Source: Planctomycetota bacterium (GTDB lineage Bacteria; Planctomycetota; PLA2; JAEUHO01). From it: a stretch of 64,000 nucleotides of DNA. A program made the translations under genes and the position numbers. The DNA is taken from contig CBDCTJ010000007.1 of the NCBI GenBank assembly GCA_965222115.1, positions 1,152,001 to 1,216,000 on the forward strand. The letters are read 5' to 3'. The notes under the pieces are model-generated. The model was not told the origin of the DNA. It searched no databases and saw only the letters and a list, made by a program, of their open reading frames with translations. Below are positions 17,712-27,955 of the stretch, in pieces; position 1 is the stretch's first letter, and each line of letters opens with the position of its first letter.

Positions 17712-19087
17712 GTGGGCCTCATTTCGTCAGGCTCCCATCCATCCAGTCGCTCCAGCGCACGTCGTTCTTCGGATCGACACGAGACGGCCACGACCAGCAA
17801 AGCCGGAACCCAATACCAATTCGACCGCTCCAGGTTGTGGGCGCCCAAGCCCGACACAAACAACAAGCCCAACGTGAAGATGAGCGTAAAGCACAACTTG
17901 GCAACGGCGATGTCCCATGCCGTTCCGCGCCGCTTTCGCCGCCGCATTTCGCGCCACCCCAGTAGCACGGCGCTGATCAGAAAGCCGAAAAACGTGAGCG
18001 TTCCGAGAAATCCGCGGGTAGCCAGTGCGTGGCCCACGAGGTTGTGGGGCATGAGTTTGTCGCCGTCCACGCGGCGCACGCGATAGGTTGTCCAATTTCC
18101 TGGACCCACACCCAATACCGGATTGTCTTTGAAGATTTCAAAGCCCACCTTGTAGCCATCGATGCGGCCAACCGTGGACGCATCACTTTCATACGTCTGG
18201 GAATCTGCCACCGATGCGACGCGTTTGAGCTGGGCGGGGCTCAGTGTGCCCACGAGCGCGATGCCCAGCCCCACGATGGCAGCCAGCATGATTCGCCGTG
18301 GCCAACCCTTCGGCACGATCATGAAGCTCCACAGGAGCGTGAGCACCGTAAGAATGAGGGCCGAGCGACTTGAGGTTTTAAAGACACAAAATAGCGAACC
18401 CAACATGTACCCCGTGGCACAGATACGGATGAAGATACTGCTCGTGTGTACGAGGACCCAGATCATGATCGGCATCGCGAAAACGATCGATGCCCCAAAC
18501 GAGTTGGGGTCGGCATTGGAGAGACCCGCACCGAGCATGCGCGGCACGCCCTGCTGGAAGTCCATTCGGCCGCCGTAAAACTCGCGAACGGAAATCACCA
18601 TGTAGAGACCGACGGCCGCACAGACGATCAGCAGGAAGAACAATAGTTGCCGGCGGGTCTGAACGATGTTAATGATCAGAAAGTAGGACACGATGGTCGT
18701 CAAGTGCCGAATGTGTTCTTCCTTCGCAATGGGAAAGTCGAAGGCCCATAGTGCTGAGAAGCTTGTGGCGAGAATAAACGCCAAGAGCCAAATGGACGTG
18801 CCCCACCGAATACTCAGTGCGCGCCCTTCCTGGACGCTGCGTGCGATTCCCGTGCCAACGGTGACTGCCAGAAGCACCACACCCAACAAGAAGCGCGGTC
18901 GCGCATCGCCGATGCTTGGGTAGTGCTCATCGATAAAACTCAGCGCCAAGAACATGTAGATCGCAAGCAGCCAGAAATACGGCGTCAGTCCGGTCAGTCG
19001 GGTTGCGGCGTACGGAAAGAAGCCACGGTAGGGAGGCGGCGTCCATGGCGCGTCGGCGCGTAGCAATGTGGGCAGTTTGGTCGTCAT
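17708..19087 (-). CDS. O-antigen ligase family protein / Wzy-type polymerase
   Basis: About 10-12 TM segments, ADPNSFG, TSSRSA, S..GR, NPVLGVGPGNW and PHN (Wzy_C-like). Confidence 0.85.
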   Translation of the reverse strand: MTTKLPTLLRADAPWTPPPYRGFFPYAATRLTGLTPYFWLLAIYMFLALSFIDEHYPSIGDARPRFLLGVVLLAVTVGTGIARSVQEGRALSIRWGTSIWLLAFILATSFSALWAFDFPIAKEEHIRHLTTIVSYFLIINIVQTRRQLLFFLLIVCAAVGLYMVISVREFYGGRMDFQQGVPRMLGAGLSNADPNSFGASIVFAMPIMIWVLVHTSSIFIRICATGYMLGSLFCVFKTSSRSALILTVLTLLWSFMIVPKGWPRRIMLAAIVGLGIALVGTLSPAQLKRVASVADSQTYESDASTVGRIDGYKVGFEIFKDNPVLGVGPGNWTTYRVRRVDGDKLMPHNLVGHALATRGFLGTLTFFGFLISAVLLGWREMRRRKRRGTAWDIAVAKLCFTLIFTLGLLFVSGLGAHNLERSNWYWVPALLVVAVSCRSEERRALERLDGWEPDEMRPT

Positions 19088-20766
19088 GCGCGCGTTGCCT
19101 CCACGCCCACAACTTCCGTTGCGGATTCCGGGAGCACATCAGGCGATCCTTCTAGGCTTGTAGGGGATGGCGTGGGACACGCGAGTGCCGGCAACAGCTT
19201 CATGAGGCCGAACGCCAATCCCGTGAAACACACCACGCTACCTACCGCCGCACCGATAAGCGCCCACCATCCGTAGGAATGTTCGGGTGGACAAGCCGTG
19301 CGCAGGATCAACCATGTCAACACGCCCGCCACGAGCGGCACGATCCAAACGCGCGCGACGTAGCGCAACAGCGACATCTCGTGACTCTTACACGCCCACC
19401 ACGGCATGAGCAGCGCGTGGACGAAGAACGCGGGAATTGCGGTTCCCAGAGCAACCCCTTCAATGCCGTAGGGACCAACCAACGCCACACTCAAAGAGAT
19501 GTTGGCAACGGCTTCCACAATCGAAAAGGTGGCCAGCGATCCCATGCGACCCAGGCCTTGGTGGGCAGCAACGATGGGAAAACTCGCAATCGGTGCCACG
19601 GCGCCAAGTGCCATGATGAGCAGCGCCGTACGACCTTCGAGGCGAAATGTGTTGTCGCCATGCATCCACGTTTCTAGAAATGCACCGCCCAGCACGATCA
19701 AGTACACGAGAATTGGACCCGCAAACACGAGCATGTTTCGCGCGCCGGTGGTGAGCAGATGTCGAATGCCCTCGTGGTCGCCACGCGCATGGCGTGCGCC
19801 CAACTCCGGCATAAGAACGCGTCCCATGGCCCATAGCAATGCGCGCGCGTGGAAAGCAAGACGCGCTGCGCGATCAAAGTAGGTGACGGCCAATGTGCTG
19901 ACGCCTGTGCCAATGATGATGGCGTCGGTTTCATAGGTCATATGCAGGGCAAGGGCCACCACGATATTGAAGCCGCCGTACTTGAGCAGCCCGCCTGTAC
20001 TTCCTTTGGACGCCAACCGCGGTGCGATTCGCATGGCGGGCACTTCGCGAAATGCACGGCGCGTCTTCCACACCATTTCAACGGCCTCAGCCGCCACATT
20101 GACCAATGCAAGCGCAATGAGCGGTGAACCAAGCGTTCCCTGGTGAGCGAGTGCGAGCACCGATACAACACCGATGGTTCGCAGCACGAGAATGACGCAA
20201 TCGATGCGACACGTAATGTCGTAGCGCTGTTTGCCAATTAATCCCGCGGTGAACGCATTCCACGGAAGCGCAAAGGCCATGCCCGCACCCGCTATCCAAA
20301 GCGCAGTCGTGGCCTCCTCGCGATGTTCCAATGCCACGTTAAACCACTCGGCCAAGTTCGGCGCCAAGATCGCAGTGCCCGTCAGGATGAATAGCGCACC
20401 CGTACAAAGCGTCAGAAACGCGCTGTTGACGTAGCGATTGATGGATTTCGAATCTGCGAGTGCGTCGTGCTTGGCGATAAAATGCACAATGGCGGGGCGA
20501 ATGCCCAAGTCGGCGATGTTGAGGTAGCCCGTTAGGCCGTTGATGATGGCCCAAACACCAAACAGACTCTTGCCCAGCATCTCGACCACGTAGGGCGAGA
20601 CCAGCAAGAGCGCGAGCGCATTGATCAGATACGCGGCCCAGTTCCAGGTGGCGTTGCGCGCCAATACGCGTCGTGACGACCCCTTCTTGCCGGCAATATG
20701 GCGCATGATGCGGCCGCGATGCCGCTCGGGGGCCTCGACGTTGGCGGGGGGTTGTTCCTCGGTCAT
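19084..20766 (-). CDS. wzx: Wzx-type oligosaccharide flippase
   Basis: LARNATWNW...LG...FGVW...DLGI, about 14 TM segments, NISLSVALVGPYGIEGVALGTAI. Confidence 0.85.
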   Translation of the reverse strand: MTEEQPPANVEAPERHRGRIMRHIAGKKGSSRRVLARNATWNWAAYLINALALLLVSPYVVEMLGKSLFGVWAIINGLTGYLNIADLGIRPAIVHFIAKHDALADSKSINRYVNSAFLTLCTGALFILTGTAILAPNLAEWFNVALEHREEATTALWIAGAGMAFALPWNAFTAGLIGKQRYDITCRIDCVILVLRTIGVVSVLALAHQGTLGSPLIALALVNVAAEAVEMVWKTRRAFREVPAMRIAPRLASKGSTGGLLKYGGFNIVVALALHMTYETDAIIIGTGVSTLAVTYFDRAARLAFHARALLWAMGRVLMPELGARHARGDHEGIRHLLTTGARNMLVFAGPILVYLIVLGGAFLETWMHGDNTFRLEGRTALLIMALGAVAPIASFPIVAAHQGLGRMGSLATFSIVEAVANISLSVALVGPYGIEGVALGTAIPAFFVHALLMPWWACKSHEMSLLRYVARVWIVPLVAGVLTWLILRTACPPEHSYGWWALIGAAVGSVVCFTGLAFGLMKLLPALACPTPSPTSLEGSPDVLPESATEVVGVEATRA

Positions 20767-21215
20767 CGCGTCGCGAATCGCTCCTAGCCCAGGCTAGCCC
20801 AAATCGTTCATGAACTGACGTAAGTCGCGTGTTTTGCGCTCGTTTTCGATTCCAGTCCATTGGCGCGGCGACGTGCCCTGAACCTCAACCTATATAGAGC
20901 CCATCGACCAGCCAGCGCACATCGTTAAGTCCCGCCCCCATGGTCCCCGAATCGCCTCAAGCGCCGAAGATTGCACCGATGGACCTTTACTCCGATCGCG
21001 GAATCGTCCGATAGTGCGCCCGTGGCTTGTGGGTTCCCCCTCGGGATCCGTGCGCCACAGGCACCGTGAGGGTTGGCCATGCGACGCCACCGAGTGATCT
21101 TGGTGGGTTTCCGTATGGTGGTGGAGGCTTAGCAAGCCGCCATCACGCCGCCGCCTACAATACGACAACCGAACGCGCGGCGGGTTCCCCCCGCTTGCGG
21201 AGGCCTGCTTTTACT

Positions 21216-22160
21216 ATGCGCACCTGTGTTACCGGCGGAGCGGGATTCATCGGATCCACGCTCGTTGATCGCCTCGTCCGCGACGGCCACGATGTCGTTG
21301 TGTTGGATGACCTCAGTACGGGCCGACTCGAAAACCTCGCGTTCGCGCGTCAGCATATTGAGTTTATCGAGGGCGACCTGCGCGATGAGGCCACCGTGAG
21401 GCGCGCCGTGAAGGGTTGCGAAGTCGTCTTTCATCAGGCGGCGCTGGCCGCCGTGGCGCGCAGCGTCGAGAAGCCCGAGCTGGTCACCGATGTCAATGTT
21501 CGCGGAACGGTGAACGTGCTTGTGGCGGCGCGCGATGCGGGCGCCCGTCGTGTGGTGATGGCCAGCTCGTCATCGGTCTATGGCGATACGCCCGAGTTGC
21601 CCAAGCACGAGGCGATGACGCTTTCTCCACGTAGTCCCTATGCGGCGTCCAAAGCGTGCGGCGAGGCCTACTTTGAAGCATTCCAGGCGTCCTACGGTTT
21701 GGAGACGGTTCCGCTGCGCTACTTCAATGTCTATGGACTCCGCCAGTCACCGCGTTCGCTTTATGCCGCCGTGGTGCCGCTATTCGTTGAGGCCTTTTCC
21801 CTCGGTCGTCAACCCACGATCTACGGCGACGGTGAACAGACACGCGACTTTACGTTTATCGAAGACGTCGTGGAAGCCAACTGGAAGGCCGCGACCATGC
21901 CGCGCGCACCCGAGGGCCCCATGAATATTGGCGGGGGCGCTCGCATCAGCATCAATGAACTCGCGCGCACGATCGCCGCTTCGTTTGGCGTGCCGTGCGA
22001 GCCCGTCTATGAACCCACGCGGGTCGGCGATGTTCGTGATTCCCTGGCCGACATCACCCACGCGCGAACGCGTCTTGAATGGGAGCCGCAAACGGCACTT
22101 GCCGATGGCATCGCGGTGCTTGTGGACGCTGCCAAAGGCGCCGTGTCCTCCGCGACCTAA
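21216..22160 (+). CDS. NAD-dependent UDP-sugar 4-epimerase (WbpP/GalE-like SDR)
   Basis: VTGGAGFIGS, ASSSSVYGD, PRSPYAASK, LRYFNVYG, YGDGEQTRDFTFI. Confidence 0.92.
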   Translation: MRTCVTGGAGFIGSTLVDRLVRDGHDVVVLDDLSTGRLENLAFARQHIEFIEGDLRDEATVRRAVKGCEVVFHQAALAAVARSVEKPELVTDVNVRGTVNVLVAARDAGARRVVMASSSSVYGDTPELPKHEAMTLSPRSPYAASKACGEAYFEAFQASYGLETVPLRYFNVYGLRQSPRSLYAAVVPLFVEAFSLGRQPTIYGDGEQTRDFTFIEDVVEANWKAATMPRAPEGPMNIGGGARISINELARTIAASFGVPCEPVYEPTRVGDVRDSLADITHARTRLEWEPQTALADGIAVLVDAAKGAVSSAT

Positions 22161-22232
22161 CGCATACGTCAAACCAACCTGAAGCGAATCAACCGTACCT
22201 ACCCACATACCACGAAGGACAGCGAGGAACCC

Positions 22233-23648
22233 ATGAGCGAAACAACGGCCGCTGCGCGCCTCAACGCCATGCGCGAGAAGATTCGTTCGCGCACGCTGCG
22301 CTACGGCGTGATTGGCATGGGATACGTGGGCCTGCCCCTGGCAGTCGAGTTTGCCAAACAGGGCGTCGATGTCACCGGCTTTGAAGTCGATACCGACAAG
22401 GTCAAAGCCCTCCGCGCAGGCACGTCCTATATTCCCGATGTACCGAGCGACGACGTAGCCGCCTTGGTCCAGGCGGAAACGTTGCGCGCCACACTCGACT
22501 TTGGCCTTCTCGCCGACATGGATGTCATCAGCATTTGTGTCCCCACACCGCTTTCCAAGAGCCGTGATCCCGATCTTAGTTACGTTGATGCCGCCACCAA
22601 GTGCGTCGAAGCCACGCTCAAGTCCGGTCAACTTGTGATTCTTGAAAGCACGACCTATCCGGGCATGACTGAGGAGTACATTCTTCCGCGATTGGAAGCG
22701 TGTGGCTACGAGGTTGGTGGTGAGTTTTGGCTAGCGTTTTCGCCCGAGCGCGTGGACCCGGCCAACGACACCTACGGCATCAAGAACACGCCCAAGGTCG
22801 TGGGCGGCGTCGGCGATGCTTCCACCGAACTTGCAACGTCGTTTTACGAGATCGCCATCGATCACGTGCACTCGGTGAGTTCTGCAGCGGCGGCCGAGAT
22901 GGTGAAGTTGCTGGAAAACACCTTCCGTAGCGTCAACATTGGTTTGGTCAATGAAGTCGCCATGATGTGTGACAAGCTCGGCCTCAATGCCCGAGAAATC
23001 ATCCGCGCGGCGGCCACGAAGCCCTTTGGTTTTATGCGCTTCGAACCCGGCCCCGGCATCGGCGGTCACTGCATTCCGCTCGATCCGATCTATCTCTCGT
23101 GGAAGTTGCGCACACTTGACTACCGCGCCCGATTCGTCGAGCTGGCCCAAGACGTCAATACGTCCATGCCCGAGTACCTCGTAGACCGCGTGGCGCGTGC
23201 CCTGAATGAGCGCGAGCGAAGCGTGCGCGGCTCGAATATTGTTGTTGTTGGGGTGGCCTACAAGAAGGACGTAGACGACACCCGGGAATCGCCTGCCTTG
23301 GACGTCATGGGACGATTGATTGAGTCCGGGGCTCTTGTGTCCTACATCGATCCCTTTGTAGACTCTGTGCGTGTCGGAGACCGCGAGCTGCGAGCGGTAC
23401 CGTGTAGTGAAGCCGTGCTGTCGAATGCGGACCTTGTAGTTGTGACGACCGATCACACGAATATCGATTGGCCCCTGATTGGGCGATGCGCCACCACCAT
23501 CGTGGACGCGCGTGGCGTCGTCCCACGCGATGGCGTGACGGGCGTTCTTTGGCCTTTGAGCGGTCAACCCACACGCGGTTCCGGCAACGTCGCCTCCACG
23601 AACAGCACAACCCATCGCACCGGCAAGGCCGTGGGCGCGGAGTCGTAG
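22233..23648 (+). CDS. UDP-N-acetylhexosamine 6-dehydrogenase (WbpA/WbpO/WecC family)
   Basis: GMGYVGLPLA, ICVPTP, LESTTYPG, SPERVDP, KLLENTFR, PGPGIGGHCIPLDP, GVAYKKDVDDTRESP. Confidence 0.93.
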   Translation: MSETTAAARLNAMREKIRSRTLRYGVIGMGYVGLPLAVEFAKQGVDVTGFEVDTDKVKALRAGTSYIPDVPSDDVAALVQAETLRATLDFGLLADMDVISICVPTPLSKSRDPDLSYVDAATKCVEATLKSGQLVILESTTYPGMTEEYILPRLEACGYEVGGEFWLAFSPERVDPANDTYGIKNTPKVVGGVGDASTELATSFYEIAIDHVHSVSSAAAAEMVKLLENTFRSVNIGLVNEVAMMCDKLGLNAREIIRAAATKPFGFMRFEPGPGIGGHCIPLDPIYLSWKLRTLDYRARFVELAQDVNTSMPEYLVDRVARALNERERSVRGSNIVVVGVAYKKDVDDTRESPALDVMGRLIESGALVSYIDPFVDSVRVGDRELRAVPCSEAVLSNADLVVVTTDHTNIDWPLIGRCATTIVDARGVVPRDGVTGVLWPLSGQPTRGSGNVASTNSTTHRTGKAVGAES

Positions 23649-23649
23649 C

Positions 23650-25275
23650 GTGAGTTGGTTTTCTCGATCATCCGGGCACTTGATTGCTTCGCTGTGGAAG
23701 TATCGCTGGACCTATTTGGTCCCCATTGCCACGTTGCTGCTTCCGGCCACGATTTACGCCCTTCGCTTGCCACCCACGTATGACGCCGAGGCGTTTGTGC
23801 AGGTCACCGAGATGCGCGACGCCGATCGCCGCTCAGATGTCGTTGCCCACCGCTCCATGTCCGACAACAAGCTCGTTTCCTTGGCGCGTAACAAGATTCT
23901 CAAGACCGAGAACCTCAAGGCGCTCGTCCCGTGGTTGGCCCCGGAGGGTTCCGAAGACGACAAGAACCTCCTTCTCGAACTCGCGGAACGCGTGGAGTAC
24001 GACCGCCTGGGACCGCAACTCTTCAAGATCAAGATCACCGACGAGGATCCTTTGGTGGCCAAGAATGCGGTAAACGCGCTGGTGTACAAGTTCGCCGAAG
24101 GTGAGCGCGCCGGTCCTCTCGCCAAAGCCAAGAGTAGCGAAGAGTTCTTCCGCGAACAACGAGACGCCGCCAGCAAAGAAGCCGAGAGGGCTGGCAAGGC
24201 CGTCCACACGTTTCTAAAGTCACATCCCGATGTCCAGGAAGGTCAGCGCGAGTTTCTCGACAAACAGCTCCAGTCCACACAGACGCAGATCCAGAACCTG
24301 CTAACCCTCGCCAGCACGTACAAGGCACAAGAAGAAGAGTATCGGCGCAAACTCACGGGCGGGGAAGGGGCTGCGTCGAATCAAAAGACGCGCCCGGATT
24401 CAACGGAAGAGATTCGTCTCAAGGGACAGCTCAAGAACATTCAAGACGGCCTGGGCAAGGCCAAGTTCGAATTGGCGCGGACTTCGGCACGTTTTCCCGA
24501 GAAGAGTAGACGTGTGCGCATTGCACGCCAAGACTTGGAGCGCCTCGAGCGCGAAGAGGGCCGTATCGTTGGCAAGCTCGATGAAGAGCGAAAGCGCCAG
24601 GACAAACTTTGGAAAGCCAAGATCCGCCAGGAGAGTACGGGGAGCCGAAACGCTTTGGAAAAGCAGCTTGCACGAGCGGAGAAGGACTTCGAGAACACCC
24701 AGGCGGATCTCATCGTCCTTCGCGAACGGGCGGCATCGCTTCGCAAACGCGTCATTGCCATCCCGACCTTGGCGCTCAAGCTGAATCCACTCAAGGCCGA
24801 GTTTGCCCTCAAGCAGAAAGACCTCGTCGAAGTTACGCAGAAGCACTTGGCGGCTCTGCAGGACCTCAAATACTACAAAGAGGCCAAGTCCGACTTCGTT
24901 ACGCCGTATACCGTGACCCAAGAAGCCGTAGCGCCGGCCAAGCCCAGCGGACCGTCGCGTATGAAGTATCTGCTTTCGGCGTTGGTCCTTGGTGGACTCT
25001 TGGGCTACGGCATCATGCTGCTGCGCCGCAAGTTTGACGAGGGATCGGATGTTACCCCCGACGACATTGCTGGGCTGCTTCCGGGCGCATTGGTTGTATC
25101 CGTGCCGCGCCTCGGTAGCGCGCCAAGGCGCAAGTCGGGTGGGTTGATGCTCGACGTGGTCTGCGCCACGTGGGTGGGCGCGTTGATGGGCATCACCGTG
25201 CTTGCCATCGCCGTCCACAAACACTTGATTGATGGCCCACCCTTTATTCGATCGCTGATTGGAATGGATGTATGA
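23650..25275 (+). CDS. Polysaccharide co-polymerase / chain-length determinant (GumC/Wzc N-terminal type)
   Basis: N-terminal TM + PPTYDAEA, long coiled coil, VAPAKPSGPSR + TM, and a further C-terminal TM. Confidence 0.85.
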   Translation: MSWFSRSSGHLIASLWKYRWTYLVPIATLLLPATIYALRLPPTYDAEAFVQVTEMRDADRRSDVVAHRSMSDNKLVSLARNKILKTENLKALVPWLAPEGSEDDKNLLLELAERVEYDRLGPQLFKIKITDEDPLVAKNAVNALVYKFAEGERAGPLAKAKSSEEFFREQRDAASKEAERAGKAVHTFLKSHPDVQEGQREFLDKQLQSTQTQIQNLLTLASTYKAQEEEYRRKLTGGEGAASNQKTRPDSTEEIRLKGQLKNIQDGLGKAKFELARTSARFPEKSRRVRIARQDLERLEREEGRIVGKLDEERKRQDKLWKAKIRQESTGSRNALEKQLARAEKDFENTQADLIVLRERAASLRKRVIAIPTLALKLNPLKAEFALKQKDLVEVTQKHLAALQDLKYYKEAKSDFVTPYTVTQEAVAPAKPSGPSRMKYLLSALVLGGLLGYGIMLLRRKFDEGSDVTPDDIAGLLPGALVVSVPRLGSAPRRKSGGLMLDVVCATWVGALMGITVLAIAVHKHLIDGPPFIRSLIGMDV

Positions 25276-26039
25276 GCAACGTCTACGATCACCCATCGGG
25301 TCCCCAATCGCCCGCCAACACGGCGCTGGCGCCGCTTGGTAATGGCGGCGGACTGCTCGCGCTGCAGGAAGACAGAGAGCGATTCGTTCAAGTCAATGAC
25401 CCGGACCGTTTTTCGACGGATGGCTACTTGCGATTGACGGCACACATTCTCATGCAGAGTCAGCGCCAGCAGTTTCGAACCATTGGCGTGATTAGCTCAC
25501 GCGATGGCGAGGGGCGCTCAGCGGCGGCCGCCAATCTGAGCGTGTGTTTGGCGCGCGCGCGCGGACGCACCGGCAACGTGCTTTTGGTAGATGGTGACGC
25601 ACGGCGTCGCACATTGAGTCGCCTCTTGTGTGGTCGTCATGAGCAAAACCGGACCGACGTCTATTACGAGGATCCGGGCGATACGGCCAAGCATCCTGAG
25701 ATCTTTACAACATCATTTCCCGGTCTCGACATTATGACGGCGCCGGAAGCGGCGGATGCGCTGACGATTCATGATCCCGCGGCCTGGGCGCATACGTTTC
25801 ATGAGCTGAAGTTTAAATATGCCCAAATCGTCATCGATTGTCCGTCCATCCTCGACAACCCCGAGGGTATGGTCCTGCGAGACTGCGTAGAGGAACTCGT
25901 GCTCGTTGTTGAGTCCGGGCAGACCTCAAAGAAAACCATCGAACGCGCCCTTGGTGGTGTTCGGCGTCGCGTCATCGGAGTCATTCTCAACGGTGGTGTG
26001 AAGCGACGGCAAGCCAAGAAAGCAACTTCGTCCCGATAG
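25272..26039 (+). CDS. CpsD/CapB-family BY-kinase-like P-loop protein (degenerate)
   Basis: ISSRDGEGRS (Walker A with K replaced by R), VLLVDGD, IVIDCP, VIGVILN; ATGA coupling to the co-polymerase. Confidence 0.82.
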   Translation: MSNVYDHPSGPQSPANTALAPLGNGGGLLALQEDRERFVQVNDPDRFSTDGYLRLTAHILMQSQRQQFRTIGVISSRDGEGRSAAAANLSVCLARARGRTGNVLLVDGDARRRTLSRLLCGRHEQNRTDVYYEDPGDTAKHPEIFTTSFPGLDIMTAPEAADALTIHDPAAWAHTFHELKFKYAQIVIDCPSILDNPEGMVLRDCVEELVLVVESGQTSKKTIERALGGVRRRVIGVILNGGVKRRQAKKATSSR

Positions 26040-26128
26040 CCGGGCCACGAAATATTCGATAAGAGTGCTAGCCCGGCGGCGCGTGCGTACGATCCTGCCG
26101 ATTCCCACCCCAGTAGTTTTCCACCCGA

Positions 26129-27571
26129 ATGACACCAGTTACTGCTGCTACCGCGACCGCTTCTGAGTCAGCGTCTTCGACGCGAGAGAGCGCGCGTGCC
26201 GTTTTCCGGGCAGCACCCATACCGCCGCAAGCACGTCCCATGTCCCCGGCACGTCCTTCCGCAGTCTTGATTCCACCTATAGTGGTGTATCTGGCGTCCA
26301 TCGGTGTTGTTGCACTCGTCCACGGCATACTCGTGTCTAAAGTGTCGGTGCTCACCGTGGCGCGCGCCATGTTCATTGTGGCGGTGACCATTCCGTCGCT
26401 CTACGTGGTCCGATCCATCATCGTGGGCCTTCGCGGTCAACGCTGGTGCGACGCGCTTTTACCCGCCGTTGCTGCCATCTTCATCGTGTTACTCGATCTG
26501 CTCATCCCAGGCTTCATGCTGAACTGGCCTACGGCTGCGCTCCTGTTCGTGCTGTCACTTTCGGCTGGACCGCTTACGCGCATTTGGCAACAGTGGTGGG
26601 TTCGACATCGTCCTGCCCGCGTAACACTGTTGGCATCCACCGAGTGGGGAGCCGATGAGGCCACGCGCCGGTTGGAACTCGTCCCCGGACTCGTCGTGAC
26701 CGGCGTCGTAATCCCCGGTTGCGATCCAGCATCGGCGCAACGCATCTTGCGACGACCCGTATCGGGCGATATCTCAGATCTATCCGAGGACATGGATATC
26801 GAGAAACGGCTCATCGTCTCCTGCCCATCCCGCGATACCAACGTCAACTCCACAATTGCCCGACTGGTGGCTCGCGGTCATACCATTAGTAGCGAATCGG
26901 CGGTCTTGCGCGCCGCGGAAGGGCGCATCGACACCGACTTAGCCAATCCTCTGAGCTTGCTCTTGGGCCGCCCCCGCCACTGGTTCAGCAATGCGGCCTC
27001 ACGCGTCATGGACGTGCTGTTGTCATTTGTAATGTTGATTGTGCTCGCGCCGCTTTTTGCCATCGTGGCGCTGGCGATATTGATCGAGGACGGTCGCCCC
27101 ATCTTCTACCACCAGCGTCGTACCGGCCTGCGCGGTAGGCTGTTTGATGTGATCAAGTTCCGCAGCATGTATCGGGATGCCGAAAGTCGTTCCGGTCCTG
27201 TGTGGGCGGCAGAGAATGATCCCCGCATCACCAACGTGGGGCGCCTGCTGCGCCGCACGCGTATCGACGAACTCCCCCAATTGTTCAACGTACTTGTTGG
27301 CCAAATGGCGCTCGTCGGTCCGCGTCCCGAGCGTCCTCATTTCTTCGACATCTTGCGCCGCGACGTACCACTCTTTGAACTGCGAACGATCGTGCGCCCC
27401 GGCATTACCGGCTGGGCACAAATCCGTGCGCCGTATGCGGCCGGCCCCGAAGACGCGCGCTACAAGCTCGAATACGATCTCTACTACGTGAACCGTCGCT
27501 CCCCTTGGTTTGACTTAGCTATCCTCTTCGAAACAGTGGGTGTTGCGTTCTCGGGCAGAGGCGCCCGCTAG
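26129..27571 (+). CDS. Priming phosphoglycosyltransferase (WcaJ/WbaP-type sugar transferase)
   Basis: RVMDVLLS, KFRSM, DPRITNVGRLLRRTRIDELPQLFNVL, LVGPRPERP, RPGITGWAQ, KLEYDLYY. Confidence 0.93.
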   Translation: MTPVTAATATASESASSTRESARAVFRAAPIPPQARPMSPARPSAVLIPPIVVYLASIGVVALVHGILVSKVSVLTVARAMFIVAVTIPSLYVVRSIIVGLRGQRWCDALLPAVAAIFIVLLDLLIPGFMLNWPTAALLFVLSLSAGPLTRIWQQWWVRHRPARVTLLASTEWGADEATRRLELVPGLVVTGVVIPGCDPASAQRILRRPVSGDISDLSEDMDIEKRLIVSCPSRDTNVNSTIARLVARGHTISSESAVLRAAEGRIDTDLANPLSLLLGRPRHWFSNAASRVMDVLLSFVMLIVLAPLFAIVALAILIEDGRPIFYHQRRTGLRGRLFDVIKFRSMYRDAESRSGPVWAAENDPRITNVGRLLRRTRIDELPQLFNVLVGQMALVGPRPERPHFFDILRRDVPLFELRTIVRPGITGWAQIRAPYAAGPEDARYKLEYDLYYVNRRSPWFDLAILFETVGVAFSGRGAR

Positions 27572-27811
27572 CCCGGATGTTGCACGAACCAAGGTGAATC
27601 GCGCGGTTCTCGCTGGTCTTCGTCCCCAATCTCATTGCGGAGAACCGCTCAGCGATGCTTTTGGCATCGCCTCGGAACCACCGCTTCGAGCTTAGACCCG
27701 AATCCTCACCGAGAACACCTTGTCATTCCTCGTTCGCATGGAGTTCGATCACAAGTCGCCAGGCGACAACTCCTTGCGTTGCCCGGACGCGCGCTTCGTG
27801 CAACATCCGGG
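27572..27811. mobile_element. MITE (non-autonomous IS derivative), 240 bp
   Basis: Perfect 17-bp terminal inverted repeats CCCGGATGTTGCACGAA (27572-27588) / TTCGTGCAACATCCGGG (27795-27811), flanked on both sides by CTAG (27568-27571, 27812-27815). No transposase ORF. Confidence 0.85.
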
Positions 27812-27955
27812 CTAGGTGGCGAGACATCAAGGGTTGATCTCCGCGGACGTGGTGAATGCGCCAACGGCGCGGGCTCTCCTCGGATCTTGAAACGACGTGT
27901 GGAGAGGGACAAAGACTGTCAACTCAAGGGGAAGATGCGCGGTACAGGGTCCGAA

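Noticed and set aside
26068-26076. CTAGCCCGG as another MITE end
   Set aside because: The match stops after 9 bp and there is no partner end.
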